Of a stretch of DNA of 64,000 nucleotides, positions 37,350 to 49,304 are shown piece after piece. The translations under genes were made by a program, and so were the position numbers. The notes below the pieces were generated by a model. The model searched no databases, had not been told where the DNA came from, and saw nothing but the letters and a program-made list of their open reading frames with translations. Position 1 is the stretch's first letter. Each line of letters opens with the position of its first letter. Source of the DNA: Narcine bancroftii. Its lineage: Eukaryota. Where the stretch lies: the NCBI RefSeq assembly GCF_036971445.1, contig NC_091480.1:15686001-15750000 (forward strand), read 5' to 3'.

Positions 37350-37584
37350 CACAGGCTATACATTACACCTTAAAAGTTAAATAAATGGGACCCAACAGTA
37401 TCAGACAGATGTTTTCGCTGTAAAAAGGAAACGGGAACAACAGTTCATGCAATTTGGACATGTGAGAAAGTGAAAAAATTTTGGGAAGATCTAAACCAGA
37501 TCCTAAATAAAATCACAAAAAGCAATATACCAAAAAACCCAGAGATCTTCCTCCTAAGTATGGATGGAGCACAAAAAAGATTTG
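37350..37584 (+). mobile_element. Internal L1 ORF2 fragment flanked by an 18-bp direct repeat
   Basis: Homologous to the reverse complement of 34190-34395. Flanked by TTAAGAATATACTGTTTA at 37332-37349 and 37585-37602. Confidence 0.85.
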
Positions 37585-38450
37585 TTAAGAATATACTGTT
37601 TAAAAGATAAAAGACAGTGCAAAATGTGAAGTAATTTTTAAAAAAAAAAATCAGTTTTTTAATTATGTAAAGTTCACTTTAGTCAAGGAATTCCCATAAC
37701 TTACAAAATTTAACTTTGAACCCTGGTCACTGGAACGGAATTGTGCTCGTCACTATACTAACCGTGCTGCCGTCATAATTAACCATCTCCTTCAAGTTGA
37801 CAGATAAATCCAAACTAATATACACAATATTAATAAAAGTAAAAACTTGCTAGGGAGACACTTTGAGAGTCACCCCAGTGGCGAGCGGCATCGACCCACT
37901 CTTCATCTTGGTATTCTGGTCAGACCGTCGGAGCAACCCCACTCAAGTGTCCCAGTCAGGTTCTTGCTGCACCTTCCTTTATATTCCAACCCCATTTGCG
38001 AGTACTGTGATGGCACACTAACCATGTCTCTGTTGTAATTAAACCCTTGCCCTCAAGTTTGCAGATAAAACCTTACTAATATCCTTAATAATATACTAAT
38101 AAAAAAGACTTCCCAGGCAGGGATAGGGAGACGCCCCATCAGAGACCAGTATCAACCAGCTCTTCATCCTGGGCACCACCATATTATTCAACACAGTTTT
38201 ATTGAAACTTTATTCAAACAGCTGCTGCAGTTGGGGCATGACTGGGGCACTCCGCTGGCTGAATGTTTGCTCCCATCTTCACCAAGGGGTTGTGTGTTGC
38301 TTTGAAAACCTTTACATTTTCAATTGTAAACTTTTATTTATCACTTTATTCCTATTGTTTTTTGAAATATGTATTTATTTTGGTCTGTTGTTTGCGTTTC
38401 TGCTTGGTTGAATGTTGAATAATGGGGATTTTACTGTACTACTTTTTTAG

Positions 38451-39120
38451 AGGTTGGTTAGCCACAGGAGGACGTGACAAAATGGTGAAAGTATGGGACA
38501 TGACTACAAACAGAACCAAAGAAATCTACTGTGTACAGACTATCGCTTCTGTAGCTCGAGTGAAATGGAGACCGGAAGTAAAGTACCATCTCGCAACCTG
38601 TTCCATGATGGTTGATCACAACATTTACGTTTGGGACGTCCGACGCCCATACATTCCATTTGCCATGTTTGAGGAACACAAGGATGTTACTACAGGAATT
38701 ATGTGGCGTCATATTCATGATCCTTATTACTTACTTTCAGGGTCAAAAGATAGTACACTGTATCAGCACATGTTTAAAGATGCCAGTAGGCCTGTTGATC
38801 GTGCCAATCCAGAAGGATTGTGCTATGGGTTATTTGGAGACTTGGCGTTTGCAGGAAAAGATAGCATGTTCACTAGTGACTCAAATCGGAAAACCTATGG
38901 AGGTGACAGACGTTATCCCATTTTTTTCTTCAAGAAGCCTGATTTATCGGAGCAGTTTGCAAATGTTTCCAGTGCTCTTAATGTGTTTGAAGCAGATCGG
39001 ATCAGCAACTCCACAAATTGGTTTGTCAACATGGCACAAAAGTATCTTCTAACTGGACGCTCGTTGGCTGAGCTCTGTGATCATAATGCAAAAATTGCTA
39101 AAGAATTGTATCGTTATCAG
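38451..39120 (+). CDS. WDR24: WDR24 coding exon 3
   Basis: [16 protein letters not shown]...[16 protein letters not shown], ttttttag/gtactg boundaries, 670 nt. Confidence 0.97.
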
Positions 39121-39274
39121 GTACTGTGATTAAATGGGTAAAATTTGGTTATGTCTTTTCCCTGCAAAATGGTTCATGAAGTCGAATTTACACATTACTT
39201 GTGTTCTAGCAGAAACAAGTGATATAAACCTGTTGTTAAGAACGTGTACCATTTTTAAAAATTTTAGGTTTTTA

Positions 39275-39735
39275 AAATTAAATTTAGATATACAGCACTT
39301 TAACAGGGCCTTTTGGCACACAGGCCTGTGCTGACCAATTACACCCAATTAACCTACATTTTGAAGAATGGGAGGAAGCCGAAGCACTCTGGCAAACCCA
39401 AGCAGACACGGGGAGAATGTACAAACTCCTTATAGACAGCGTCAGATTTGAACTCTGGTTGCTGGCGCTGTAACAGCATTGCGCTAACTGCTACGTTAAC
39501 CATGCCACCTTTTAGGTCATATGGCAAGGTAACAGACTCTATCGGCCCAGGAGCCCGTGCTGCTCAATTGCATCCAATTAACCTACAACCCTGGTATGTT
39601 TTGAAGGGTGGGAAGAAACTGAAGTGTCTGGAGGAAACCCACGCAGACACAGGGAGAACGTACAAACTCCTAACAGACAACGCCAGATTCAAACCTGGGA
39701 TGCTGGTACTGTTACAGAGTTGTGCTAACCGCAGT
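39275..39735 (-). mobile_element. Two tandem SINE copies
   Basis: Two successive copies of the family seen at 8770-8980. Confidence 0.7.
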
Positions 39736-40079
39736 GCCTTCAATGTTCCTTATGCTCTAAAGCATCATCTCAAAAAGTGTGGGTAGATCAATTATCAAAA
39801 TACCTGGAATAGGATTTAAACATAGAAGGATTCTTGATAAAATCTCTTGCGTTAGAGTAAAAATTGGAATTGAATACTTAATTTTAATTTTGATGAACTT
39901 AAGTGGATTTTTTTCTCCCATTAGTTTGTTTTTTAAAACCTTCAAGACTGCAAACAGTTTTGAATAAAGTGAATGAGAACAGAGTTGTTACACGAGGTTA
40001 AATGAATCGAGGTTAGTTCGCTGATGCGCACTGAACATAATTGCTGAGCAGTTGATTTCACTTTTCCTCCTCTGCTTAG

Positions 40080-40192
40080 GTGGCCCAGACGTGGACGATG
40101 CTAAGGATTGTGTATTCCAGTCCAGGTGCCATTTCAGCTGTAAACTTAAATCAGAGTATTGGCAAGAGTGGAGGGTTGCCTCATATAAACAG
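40080..40192 (+). CDS. WDR24: WDR24 coding exon 4
   Basis: [37 protein letters not shown], cttag/gtggga boundaries, 113 nt. Confidence 0.93.
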
Positions 40193-40576
40193 GTGGGAAA
40201 AGCAGAAGAATGCAATTGGAGGGGTGGGTGAAATGGTGCTGCCACATTTCTGAATTACAAGCACATTTATTTGGCCTAATTTTGTACTTATTTCAATTCT
40301 CAATTCTCCAATCTTTCAAAAATATATCCACCTCCACTTTAAATACTTCTTAATGATCTACCCTCCACAATGCTTTGGAATTAATATCGATGAATGTATA
40401 AATATGCTTTTGTTGAAAATTTGGTTTTTAAATTTTTTGTTCATGGATTATATTTTTTCTAATTCAAGATGCTTTATTCAACTTTACCTCTTGCCTAGTG
40501 ATTTTATTTTTGGTAGGCTTGTTTTTAAAAAAACAAACTGATTAATCTCCTGCATTCATGTTTTATTTGGCATCAG

Positions 40577-40695
40577 TTTTAAGGAGATCTCTGCCCCCCT
40601 TGGCAATGAAACCAGGTTGGAGAGAGCAAAGTCAGAACATCGACAGGAGGTTAACCACATTGATTCCTCAAACCCACTGGTTACTGCAAATGAAG
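40577..40695 (+). CDS. WDR24: WDR24 coding exon 5
   Basis: (S)FKEISAPLGNETRLERAKSEHRQEVNHIDSSNPLVTANE, cag/gtacaa boundaries, 119 nt, phases match neighbouring exons. Confidence 0.88.
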
Positions 40696-42537
40696 GTACA
40701 ACTGTAGCAAGATTAAAGTTTATCCAATTACATATTAAGAAGGCATGGTAATGTACTAAGCTAATGATTTATTAGTGCTGAAGGTTTGACATTGTAATCA
40801 TAAAATGTAAAGTAGGAGAAGGCCACGTGTCCCCTCAAGCCATTCAGTATGCTCGTGTCTGAACTGTCCCTGGCCACATCTTGTAGCTCTCAATTCTCCA
40901 GTCCTTCAAAAATGTATCCACTTCCACTTTAAATGATCGACCCTCTACAATGCTCTGGAATTGAGCATCTATGGATTCATTACCTTCTGTGAAATGAGAT
41001 TTCTACACACCTCAATTTTAAATTATGGTCCCTTATTTTAAAACTGTCTCCTTGTTGCAAACTTCCATACCACTAAAACATCTCGACATCTACTCTTCCT
41101 TGCCCTCTTGTGGGATTTTCTTTATTTCATTGTTCATTAAGATTCTTCTAAACCCTAAAGAATATAAACCTAGGCTGAGGTGAAAAATCCTCTAATCCCT
41201 GAAATTTGCTTGCTGAATCTCCTTTGGACTACTAATGCCATATCTCTTGCGTAAGGGAGCCAAAGCTGTGTACAGTACAATTGTACCAAAACTTCCCTAT
41301 TTCTAAACTCCAACCGAATTTGCAAATGCCATTTGTTGCCTTAACAATTTGTTCCTCCTGCCTGTTTTAGTGATCTGTGCACAGTTTTGTTAAACATGAT
41401 TGCTCTTTCATATATGATCTATTCAGACTTCAGTCTTCATAGCAACTGTGACATTACTAAGTTGCTTTTTTTGAGCTGACCAATAGCATTGCTTGTTTTT
41501 GATTTTTTCCTTACATGGGGCTATGCCCAGCGTCTACCATTTTCTTTGGTTGCTTTAGTCTTGTACATTCATTAACTCAATCGAAATACAGAATGATATG
41601 GAGATTCAGCACATCTTATTAATGATTTTTTAAAATCCCTTTTCATTTTATGTTATTTAACAGTACAAATTGAATTCAATTCTGATCATTGATCTTAAGT
41701 AATTTTAAATATTAGGACATGCATTCTATCTGTCAGGGGTAAACTTTTTCAAACTTCAACAAGTTCCTCTATGCTTGAGATTGGAACTTGAGGATGGGAG
41801 CATGATGTAAATTGGAACTTGCACTATATCATCTACTCTTTGTGATTTCCTACTGATATTAATAATAGTGGCCAACTACCAAGCTATTCCGTTTAGACAT
41901 GGACATAAAACACTACAGCGCAGTACAGGCCCTTCAGCCCTTGGGTGTACTGAACTATATACAGTAAAATTCCTAACATTGGGACTGGATTTTCAAATTT
42001 TTGAGATTCTTGGGCAGTGCTTTTAAAAAAATTTAAAGAGGAATAAGGAAGATGAATAGGTAAATCTTGATGGTTTATTCATTAACAAATACAGCATGCT
42101 TCATTGATCAAAATGAGCAGTTTTAAAGAAAAATAGTCAACACTTAAAATAAGCTTTTTTCCCTGCAAAAAGAGTGTGAAATGGTTTAAAAATGAACATT
42201 GTAAAAGAAAAAAAAGCAGTATCCAAAGAATTTCTTTGTAATTAAGATTACCTGTATTAAGCATGGGCGCATGTTGCTGCTGTGCATCTATGATGCTCAT
42301 GAATGCATGCATGCACACAAAATTAAAAAGGTCTGAGAGTCCGGATTCTCAGGTGGTCTGGATTTCTGACATCCAGATTTTGGACTTTTCCTACCCCAAA
42401 AAAAAACCCTTTAATTTGGTTCTGCAAGTTATGATTTATCATAAGCAATCGGTCAAATGTTTTCCGTGAGCAATTTTTTTCCCCCTTTGGTGCACAGGTA
42501 TATTCTGAATGGGTTTTTTTTTCTCTCCCTGTTTTAG

Positions 42538-42642
42538 AGAATGAGGAAACAGAAGGTAGTGATGTTCCTGCAGATTACCTGTTTGGAGATGTGGAAGGAG
42601 ATGAAGATGACCTTTACATGGTGGATCACGAAAATGCTCCTG
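42538..42642 (+). CDS. WDR24: WDR24 coding exon 6
   Basis: [34 protein letters not shown], ttttag/gtgagc boundaries, 105 nt. Confidence 0.94.
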
Positions 42643-42871
42643 GTGAGCATTTCTTTACAAAAAAGTCAAGCAAAATTGCACACATTTCTCGTCAAAAGCA
42701 TGCAGTTTTAGTATCAATGAGACTTCTGCAAGAAGCAAGTATTTATACACAGTAGTTGTATCAATTTTCTGATTGTTCTAAGGTGATTTTCCTCAGTTAT
42801 TGGCAATTACAGTGAGATGATTAGGGATGCTGACTTGCTCCTGTCAAGAAAACCTCATTATTGAAATGCAT

Positions 42872-42949
42872 CCACTAATTTGATCAAGATCTCTTCTCCA
42901 CTTGGGAGACCCACTAATTTGATCAAGATCTCTTCTCCACTTGGGAGAC
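42872..42949 (+). repeat. Perfect 39-bp tandem duplication
   Basis: CCACTAATTTGATCAAGATCTCTTCTCCACTTGGGAGAC occurs twice in tandem. Confidence 0.95.
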
Positions 42950-43485
42950 CTCATGGGACTGATTCTTCAGATTGGCCAGTGCTAAATATTGTGATTTTTC
43001 TAACGTGTATTGGAAAGTGTATATTGACACCTGAAAATACTTTCAGGTGCCTTCCCACAGTCATTGACAACTTAAAAATACTGATGTGATTAGTGCCTTG
43101 TGGTATTTCCATATTTTGCATAATTCTCCTATTAGTAGGTTGTCAATTGTGTGATGATCCATACAAAGTATAACTATGGCATGCAAATTGTGTTTTTAAA
43201 ATTTTATAGCTTGTATGGTACCTTTCTAGAGATATGGAAGAACATGCCACAATTATATCAAACTCATTTGAGAATGAAAGGTCACATCATGAGCCTGTGT
43301 AGGTACGGCTCTGATGTGACCTTTCCTGAAGAAGTAAAACCTCTTGCTGAAATATGACTGCCGTCTGTGTTTCATTCTGTGGTATATATTATTGATATGT
43401 GACCTTTCTAAGTGCATGTTGGCTATTAAATAAATGGCCTCACAGCTTGACGTGATCCTCCTTTTGTCTAACTTTTTCATAAATA

Positions 43486-44084
43486 CAGTACAACTCCGAT
43501 TATCTGAAATGGTTGGGACTGGGCCTCTGTCGGATAAAAGTTTTTTTTTTTGGATAGCTGGTCATTTTTAAAAAAAACCAGCCCAGTAGTTACAGCAAAG
43601 CACTTGTAACGGTGCATAACAACAACAAGGGAAGGCTTTTTAAGCATTAAAAGAATGTTTAATTCTCACCAAAAAAACCTGGCTGCTGCCGATCACCGAG
43701 GCCCTGCTCCTGCCTGGGAGCCCGATGGCCTCACTCCTACCGAGAGGCCGCTCTCTTTGATGACACCAGGATGAGATTATTCTGACCGCTTGTGGCTGAG
43801 AGACAGTGGCATGCAGTTTGAGAGGGAGAGTTGGAGAGAAAAGTCAATAGGGGAAAGTTAAGAAGAAATGGAAAGAAAGAGGGGGAGAAGTTACCATAAA
43901 TGAGGACAATTATCCTTCTAATTTCATGTCGGGTGAATTTTTTTCAACCTATGAGGTCAGTTTGGCTCCGAAAATTTTTTTTGCATAAATGAGGATTTCT
44001 GATTTGTTTCAGATATTCTCATTTATCCGAAATTTTTTTTAAAAATTGGATAAATGAAGATTTTGGAGAATCAGAGTTGTACTG
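43486..44084. mobile_element. Non-autonomous Tc1/mariner (Tigger/pogo-like) element
   Basis: TA|CAGTACAACTCCGATTATC ... GAGAATCAGAGTTGTACTG|TA TIRs with a TA TSD. Relatives at 49051-49304 and about 61840-62072. Confidence 0.8.
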
Positions 44085-44565
44085 TATATAAAATATAACC
44101 ATTTACGGAGCGGAAACAGGCCATGTTGGCCTTTCGATTCCGCACCGCTTCACTGATTTTGTGCGCCCTCTTCAGGCCTTGGTCCCGGTAGATCTTCATC
44201 AAAATTCAATTATCATGTTATAAAGTCCAATATTATGACATCACAAATTTCAGAATTATTTTACAACAAGCAGGAATTGGAATTTGATAGTTTCTAGGCT
44301 CTGCAACCTGTTGCATCGCCATGCCCCCACACCAATTGTCTCTTGCTCACCAAAACTCAAGTCGAGGCTTTCAGTCTAATAAGACCAGAGCCAGCATACT
44401 GTCTGTTTTTTTAATATAGCATTCCATTTTAGTACAGACTGTAAGTGGCTGTTTGTACATCTGTATAAAGTACTGCTGTTTAATAGAATCCTTGTTCATT
44501 TTTCTTGCTTTTTAACTGCAAAGTTAAAATTTCCTTACATGCTGTCTCTCTCTATCTGTTCACAG

Positions 44566-44900
44566 AGGAACATGAATACATTTTGCCTCAGGAGGCATTT
44601 CAACTGCGTCATGAGATTATAGATAACCCTTCTGCTCCAGACCATCTCCAGGATAAAGTGGAATCTCCACATGTCAGTGGAAATGAAGCTGAGACGGTGT
44701 GCTTGAGCCCAATTGAATCCTATTCCCTTATGTCGATCTCTCAGCCTCTTTATGATGCCCATCTTCCTGCTGATTATTTTAATTCCCTTGTTAAGGACAT
44801 GCTGCATTACTATGCAGAGCAGGGAGATGTGCAAATGGCTGTATCAGTCCTCATTGTACTTGGTGATCGTATTCGGAAAGAAATTGATGAGCAAACACAG
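44566..44900 (+). CDS. WDR24: WDR24 coding exon 7
   Basis: [17 protein letters not shown]...[30 protein letters not shown], cacag/gtaaga boundaries, 335 nt. Confidence 0.96.
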
Positions 44901-46472
44901 GTAAGATTCGAATAGTTAAGCACAATGCCAAAAATATTGTCTCAGATTGTGCAATCTTTAACATTGGGCAATATTTAGGATCCTAGTCACTTCTAATTCT
45001 ATGACAGTCATCTGGAGAAGATAGTGTTTCACTTTAATAATGATACTTGATTTAAACACAAGTTATTTCAACAAAACAACGTCAATTGTGCAGAAAAGTA
45101 GCCGCCTTTTGCTATAATATGAAGAATCTCAAAATATACAATAATTTTAAATAGGAGACCAAATTATTCTTTCCTTCATCCTACATTTGATGAAATGGTG
45201 GGCTACAAAACTTTATGCCAGCTGATCGTCGAAACTAATATTTTAATCTTTCAAAGTTTTTTTTGAATTAATGGTTAATTATATCATCGTTAGTTTTTAA
45301 ATCATTTTTATTGTGGATGGTATTTCTAAAATTGTAAACAGTATGTTCAGCAGACTGGAATTGTATTCATATGTGTATTTTTTTGCTGTTGAACATAATT
45401 CATACATGTTTTCTCTCTACCTTGTTAATATTGACTTCAATCCTGGAAGTTATGTAGAATTTAATGGATTACAAATAACACCGCTGCCTTGTCCTACTCA
45501 TCTCAGTGCCTGCTACTTCATTCCATTCACCTCAACTGGTCTGTCCTTGCAATGTATTGCACTTGATTTGCCACAGTCATTGCATCCCTTTGCTATTCCT
45601 GGATTCAATCCACTCTTTCCTTCTGGATGCCAACAGTTTGATGTTATTTGGCTGTCAGTATGTATTTGCTATAATTTTGGCCTCCACAAATTGTTTTTCA
45701 TTTTTCCTTCTAGAAATCCAGGCCATCTGTTGTCATCATATGTGGTCTTTCTATCTCTGAAGTGCCAATCAATCAGGAGGCAACTCAAATAATTACTTGA
45801 AATTTCTTTTTGCACCCTGGTTTCTCCTTTTTCCATCCTAGTAGCACTAGTATTTCTGCGGTAATGAGCTTGCCTATAAATTAGTTGGCTGAAGCTGGAT
45901 GTGTGAATACCTTTATTATTTGAGTCCATTTCTTTTCCCAACAATAATAATTAGCCTCTGTCAGATGGGATGTAATTTCCCCAGGAAGATGAGCTTCAAT
46001 TCCTCATTGTTTCCAACAAAACATATGTTTTCCTTTGATTATTTACACAATCTTGAAATTCACGTGCATTTTGAGGCTTAACTTGTACTATCGTTATCTC
46101 AAATGTGATTATTCCATCCACAATGTTCAGCCATTGCTTATCCGCACTGAACCTCACAGAATTGTTCCACAAATGTATTGTCGTTGACAGAATTCCTTGT
46201 ATTTTTGTCAACACCATTAGTTCTGACATTGTGTATGTTCTTGCTTCTGCGCCATCACTTCCAATTGCATTACTCTTTGGCTATTTCCCCAGATATTTTA
46301 AACCAGTGCTTTCTTCCATATTGTTTCCCTCCAAATGATTGTTTATTGTCTGATTTCTTGTGTGTCAGAGTTTGAAATTTTTTATTTAAAATGCATTGAC
46401 TGAACTGTTCTGGTAAATACTAACCTGAGAACTGGATAATTTAATTTTTTTTAAAATAAAATTTGTTCCCAG

Positions 46473-46657
46473 GAACATTGGTACACTTCATACATTGATC
46501 TGCTGCAGCGTTTCAAACTGTGGAACATTTCAAATGAGGTGATCAAGCTGAGCACATGCAGCTCCATCAATTGTTTTAACCAGGCATCCACTACACTTCA
46601 CATCAACTGCACCAATTGCAAGCGACCAATGAGCAGCAAGGGCTGGATCTGCGATAG
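46473..46657 (+). CDS. WDR24: WDR24 coding exon 8
   Basis: [27 protein letters not shown]...[16 protein letters not shown], ccag/gtgggc boundaries, 185 nt. Confidence 0.96.
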
Positions 46658-46749
46658 GTGGGCTATCTCTCTAATCACTATCTTTGCCCTCCCCTGGCCT
46701 TTCTCTCTCGCTGACTAGTGATATACAAAATCTGAATGATTTGGACAAG

Positions 46750-47790
46750 AGTTCAGATACTGGAATCTGGAGCAGAGAAACCAGCTACTGGAGGAACTCA
46801 GTGGGTGGAACAGCATATTTTGGAACGAGACCCTGTGTCAAGACTTGAGTGCTGAGTATAATGTTAGGTTGACTGCGAAGGGGTGAAAGTAATAGACCGA
46901 TGGAATTCCAGATGGGTGAGCGATCAGAGGAAGCAAAAACACAATAATTGCTGGAGGAGGTAGAGTTATGTACCTATGTTTCGGGCCTGAGCCCTTCTTC
47001 AAGGTATAAGCAAAAATCAGGCAGGTGTCTGAATTGAAGATTGGGAGAGAAATGGTGAATGGGAGAGGGAGGAGTCCAGACCATCAAACAGAAGGTGTTA
47101 GTTGGATATGATAAGGGAGGGGGGGGGGGGTGGGGAGAAGCAGATGGAGTCAGGTGAGGGGAAGATGGAGATGACTGGAAAGTTAATGTATTGGAACATG
47201 GTGAGAAGGGTGATAATGGGATCCATTAAATTGAGAAATGAAGGGCAGATGGAACCAGATTTGGAGGGGGAGGAAAGAAAGTGAGTGAACTGTGTGGATA
47301 GAACTTGAAAGGGGAGGGGTAAGGGAATGTAAATAGGTGATGGGAAAGGAAAATTCATGTTTATCTCATTGGGTTGCAAACTATATGATCTAATTTGTTC
47401 CTCTGGTTTATGTTGGGCCTCACTCCATCTGTGGAAAAGGGCTGATATGGACAAGTCGGTATGGGAAAGAGATGGGGAGTTGAAATAGCAAATAACCGGG
47501 AACTCAGAATGGCCATTGTGCACAGACTGCAGATGCTCTTCCAATGTATCTCTTCTCCTCATCAACAGCACTGCAGATGAACTGAATGCAGTGGATGAGA
47601 TTGGAGATGAGATGCATATGTACCTCTGCTTCATGTGGACGGCCTGGTTAGGGTCTGTGAATTATTGCACCTCTTGCAGTTTACTATGAAAAGTGGCAGG
47701 AGTCAGGGAGTTGCTGGTGGGGAGAGGTGAATGGACCAGGGAGCAGTCTTTATGGAAGGTGTGGGATCCTGTTGCAGCTGCCAAAAAATA
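46750..47790 (-). mobile_element. Decayed Penelope-like element (GIY-YIG end plus terminal repeat)
   Basis: ORF 47098-47634 contains LEEHLQSVHNG...PVICYFNS...KPEEQ...LQPNEINM.F (PLE C-terminus). A hammerhead-like core lies at 46971-47004. Confidence 0.7.
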
Positions 47791-47967
47791 ACCTGAACCT
47801 ACGAGCCCATCAAATAATTATTAACTAAAAATGTCAGTTATATATTTTCCCATGAATCTTGCCATGTTTTTAATCTGAGGTTGGGAATTCATTGGTGGAG
47901 CCTCAGAGACCACAATATACACTGTCTCATGAGCTAATCTGTTAACTGAATTTTTTTTTAACCTTAG

Positions 47968-48136
47968 ATGCCACCAGTGTGCCAGCATGTGTGCTGTGTG
48001 CCATCAAGTTGTACGAGGGTTATTTGTTTGGTGCCAGGGATGTAGCCATGGTGGACACTTGCAGCACATCATGAACTGGTTGAGGACTAGTTCACATTGC
48101 CCAGCTGGATGTGGTCACCAGTGTGAATATACATGA
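47968..48136 (+). CDS. WDR24: WDR24 final coding exon (zinc finger/RING region)
   Basis: [55 protein letters not shown]. Summed CDS is 2355 nt, or 784 aa. Confidence 0.97.
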
Positions 48137-48641
48137 GAAGGCAGAGCTCAAGATCACAATGTAATATTCAAGAAGTAACAGATTACTTTCTCATGCATGG
48201 TCTATAGAAATGAACACAACTTCTGAAATTGTTTTAAATGTATACCACACTTTTCAAAACAAGAAAATTACAGCTCAATTTAAAGTGGAAAATCTGACCG
48301 CTTTTTTTTTCCCCTTGCATTTTTGTAACTGTTTTAAGTGATGTGGCCAAGAAACTGCTTTTGGTACACCTTAAGTGTAAAAACAGGAGTCACTTGTTTT
48401 TAGTTGCTTGAAGCAGCAAACTAAGCTATACTAATTAAAGCAGCTGGTACAGATTGGAATGTGAGTGGGTGTTAATGGTAGTTTACCATGGGACAACAGG
48501 ATTCCATGTCCTCATCTTTTTGAGTTTGTGGATAGTAATCTGAACACAACAGCTTCAACAAAGCTTGTGTGTTTTACTTGACCTTATTTTGAGAATACCA
48601 ATTATAGTCCCAGTCAGTAAAATAGGCTATTCATTTCCTCT

Positions 48642-48647
48642 AATAAA
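48642..48647 (+). terminator. Candidate WDR24 polyadenylation signal
   Basis: AATAAA about 500 nt after the stop, followed by U/GU-rich sequence. Confidence 0.4.
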
Positions 48648-49050
48648 ATTTGTGTATTATCACATCTAAACATCAGATTTTATGTTTTGGACTGTTGTTG
48701 AGGGTTTTGGAAATTTGGGGTTTGTTTAATTTGATGTACAAGGGCCACAATAGTGTCTCTAGCTTTCCACACAGTTTAAAATGTTAGCTTATTTTACCAA
48801 TACCGTGTGTAAATTTAAGTGCTTATTCAAGTATGTACTGATCCTCAGTTGGAATGTTAATACAGCATTAGAAAGATCAGATATAGAACTTGACATATGC
48901 TATTTGTATCAGGAATACACCATTTCTCATTGATTGGAATAACAGCAGTGATTTGACATTTTATTTCAATCAAAAAAGTAGGGTATTGTGAATTCAACCA
49001 TATTGTGCCCTACGACCAAATGTGACAGTTGCAATGCACCTTTCAGATTA

Positions 49051-49304
49051 CAGTATAATTCTGATCACCTGAAATTTTTTTTGGAGCTGAACTGGCCGTG
49101 CACGTTGGGCTCCCGGCCGCAGCGGGGGACGTCAGTGATCGGGGGTGGCCAGCATGTTATTTGGTGAGAATCAAACATTATTTTAATGCTTTAAAAGCCT
49201 TCCCTTGTTATTTAAATACTGAGGCAAGTGATTTGCCTCAGTTATAAAAAAATTATCCCAAATGGTCGGGACCGGGCCTATTTCAGATAATTGGAGTTGT
49301 ACTG
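49051..49304. mobile_element. Internally deleted Tigger-like element
   Basis: TA|CAGTATAATTCTGAT ... ATTGGAGTTGTACTG|TA, same family as 43486-44084. Confidence 0.75.

Noticed and set aside
45313-46340. Cluster of ORFs in WDR24 intron 7
   Set aside because: No coherent product. A minus-strand LKYLG hints at a very old non-LTR RT, but it is too decayed to call.
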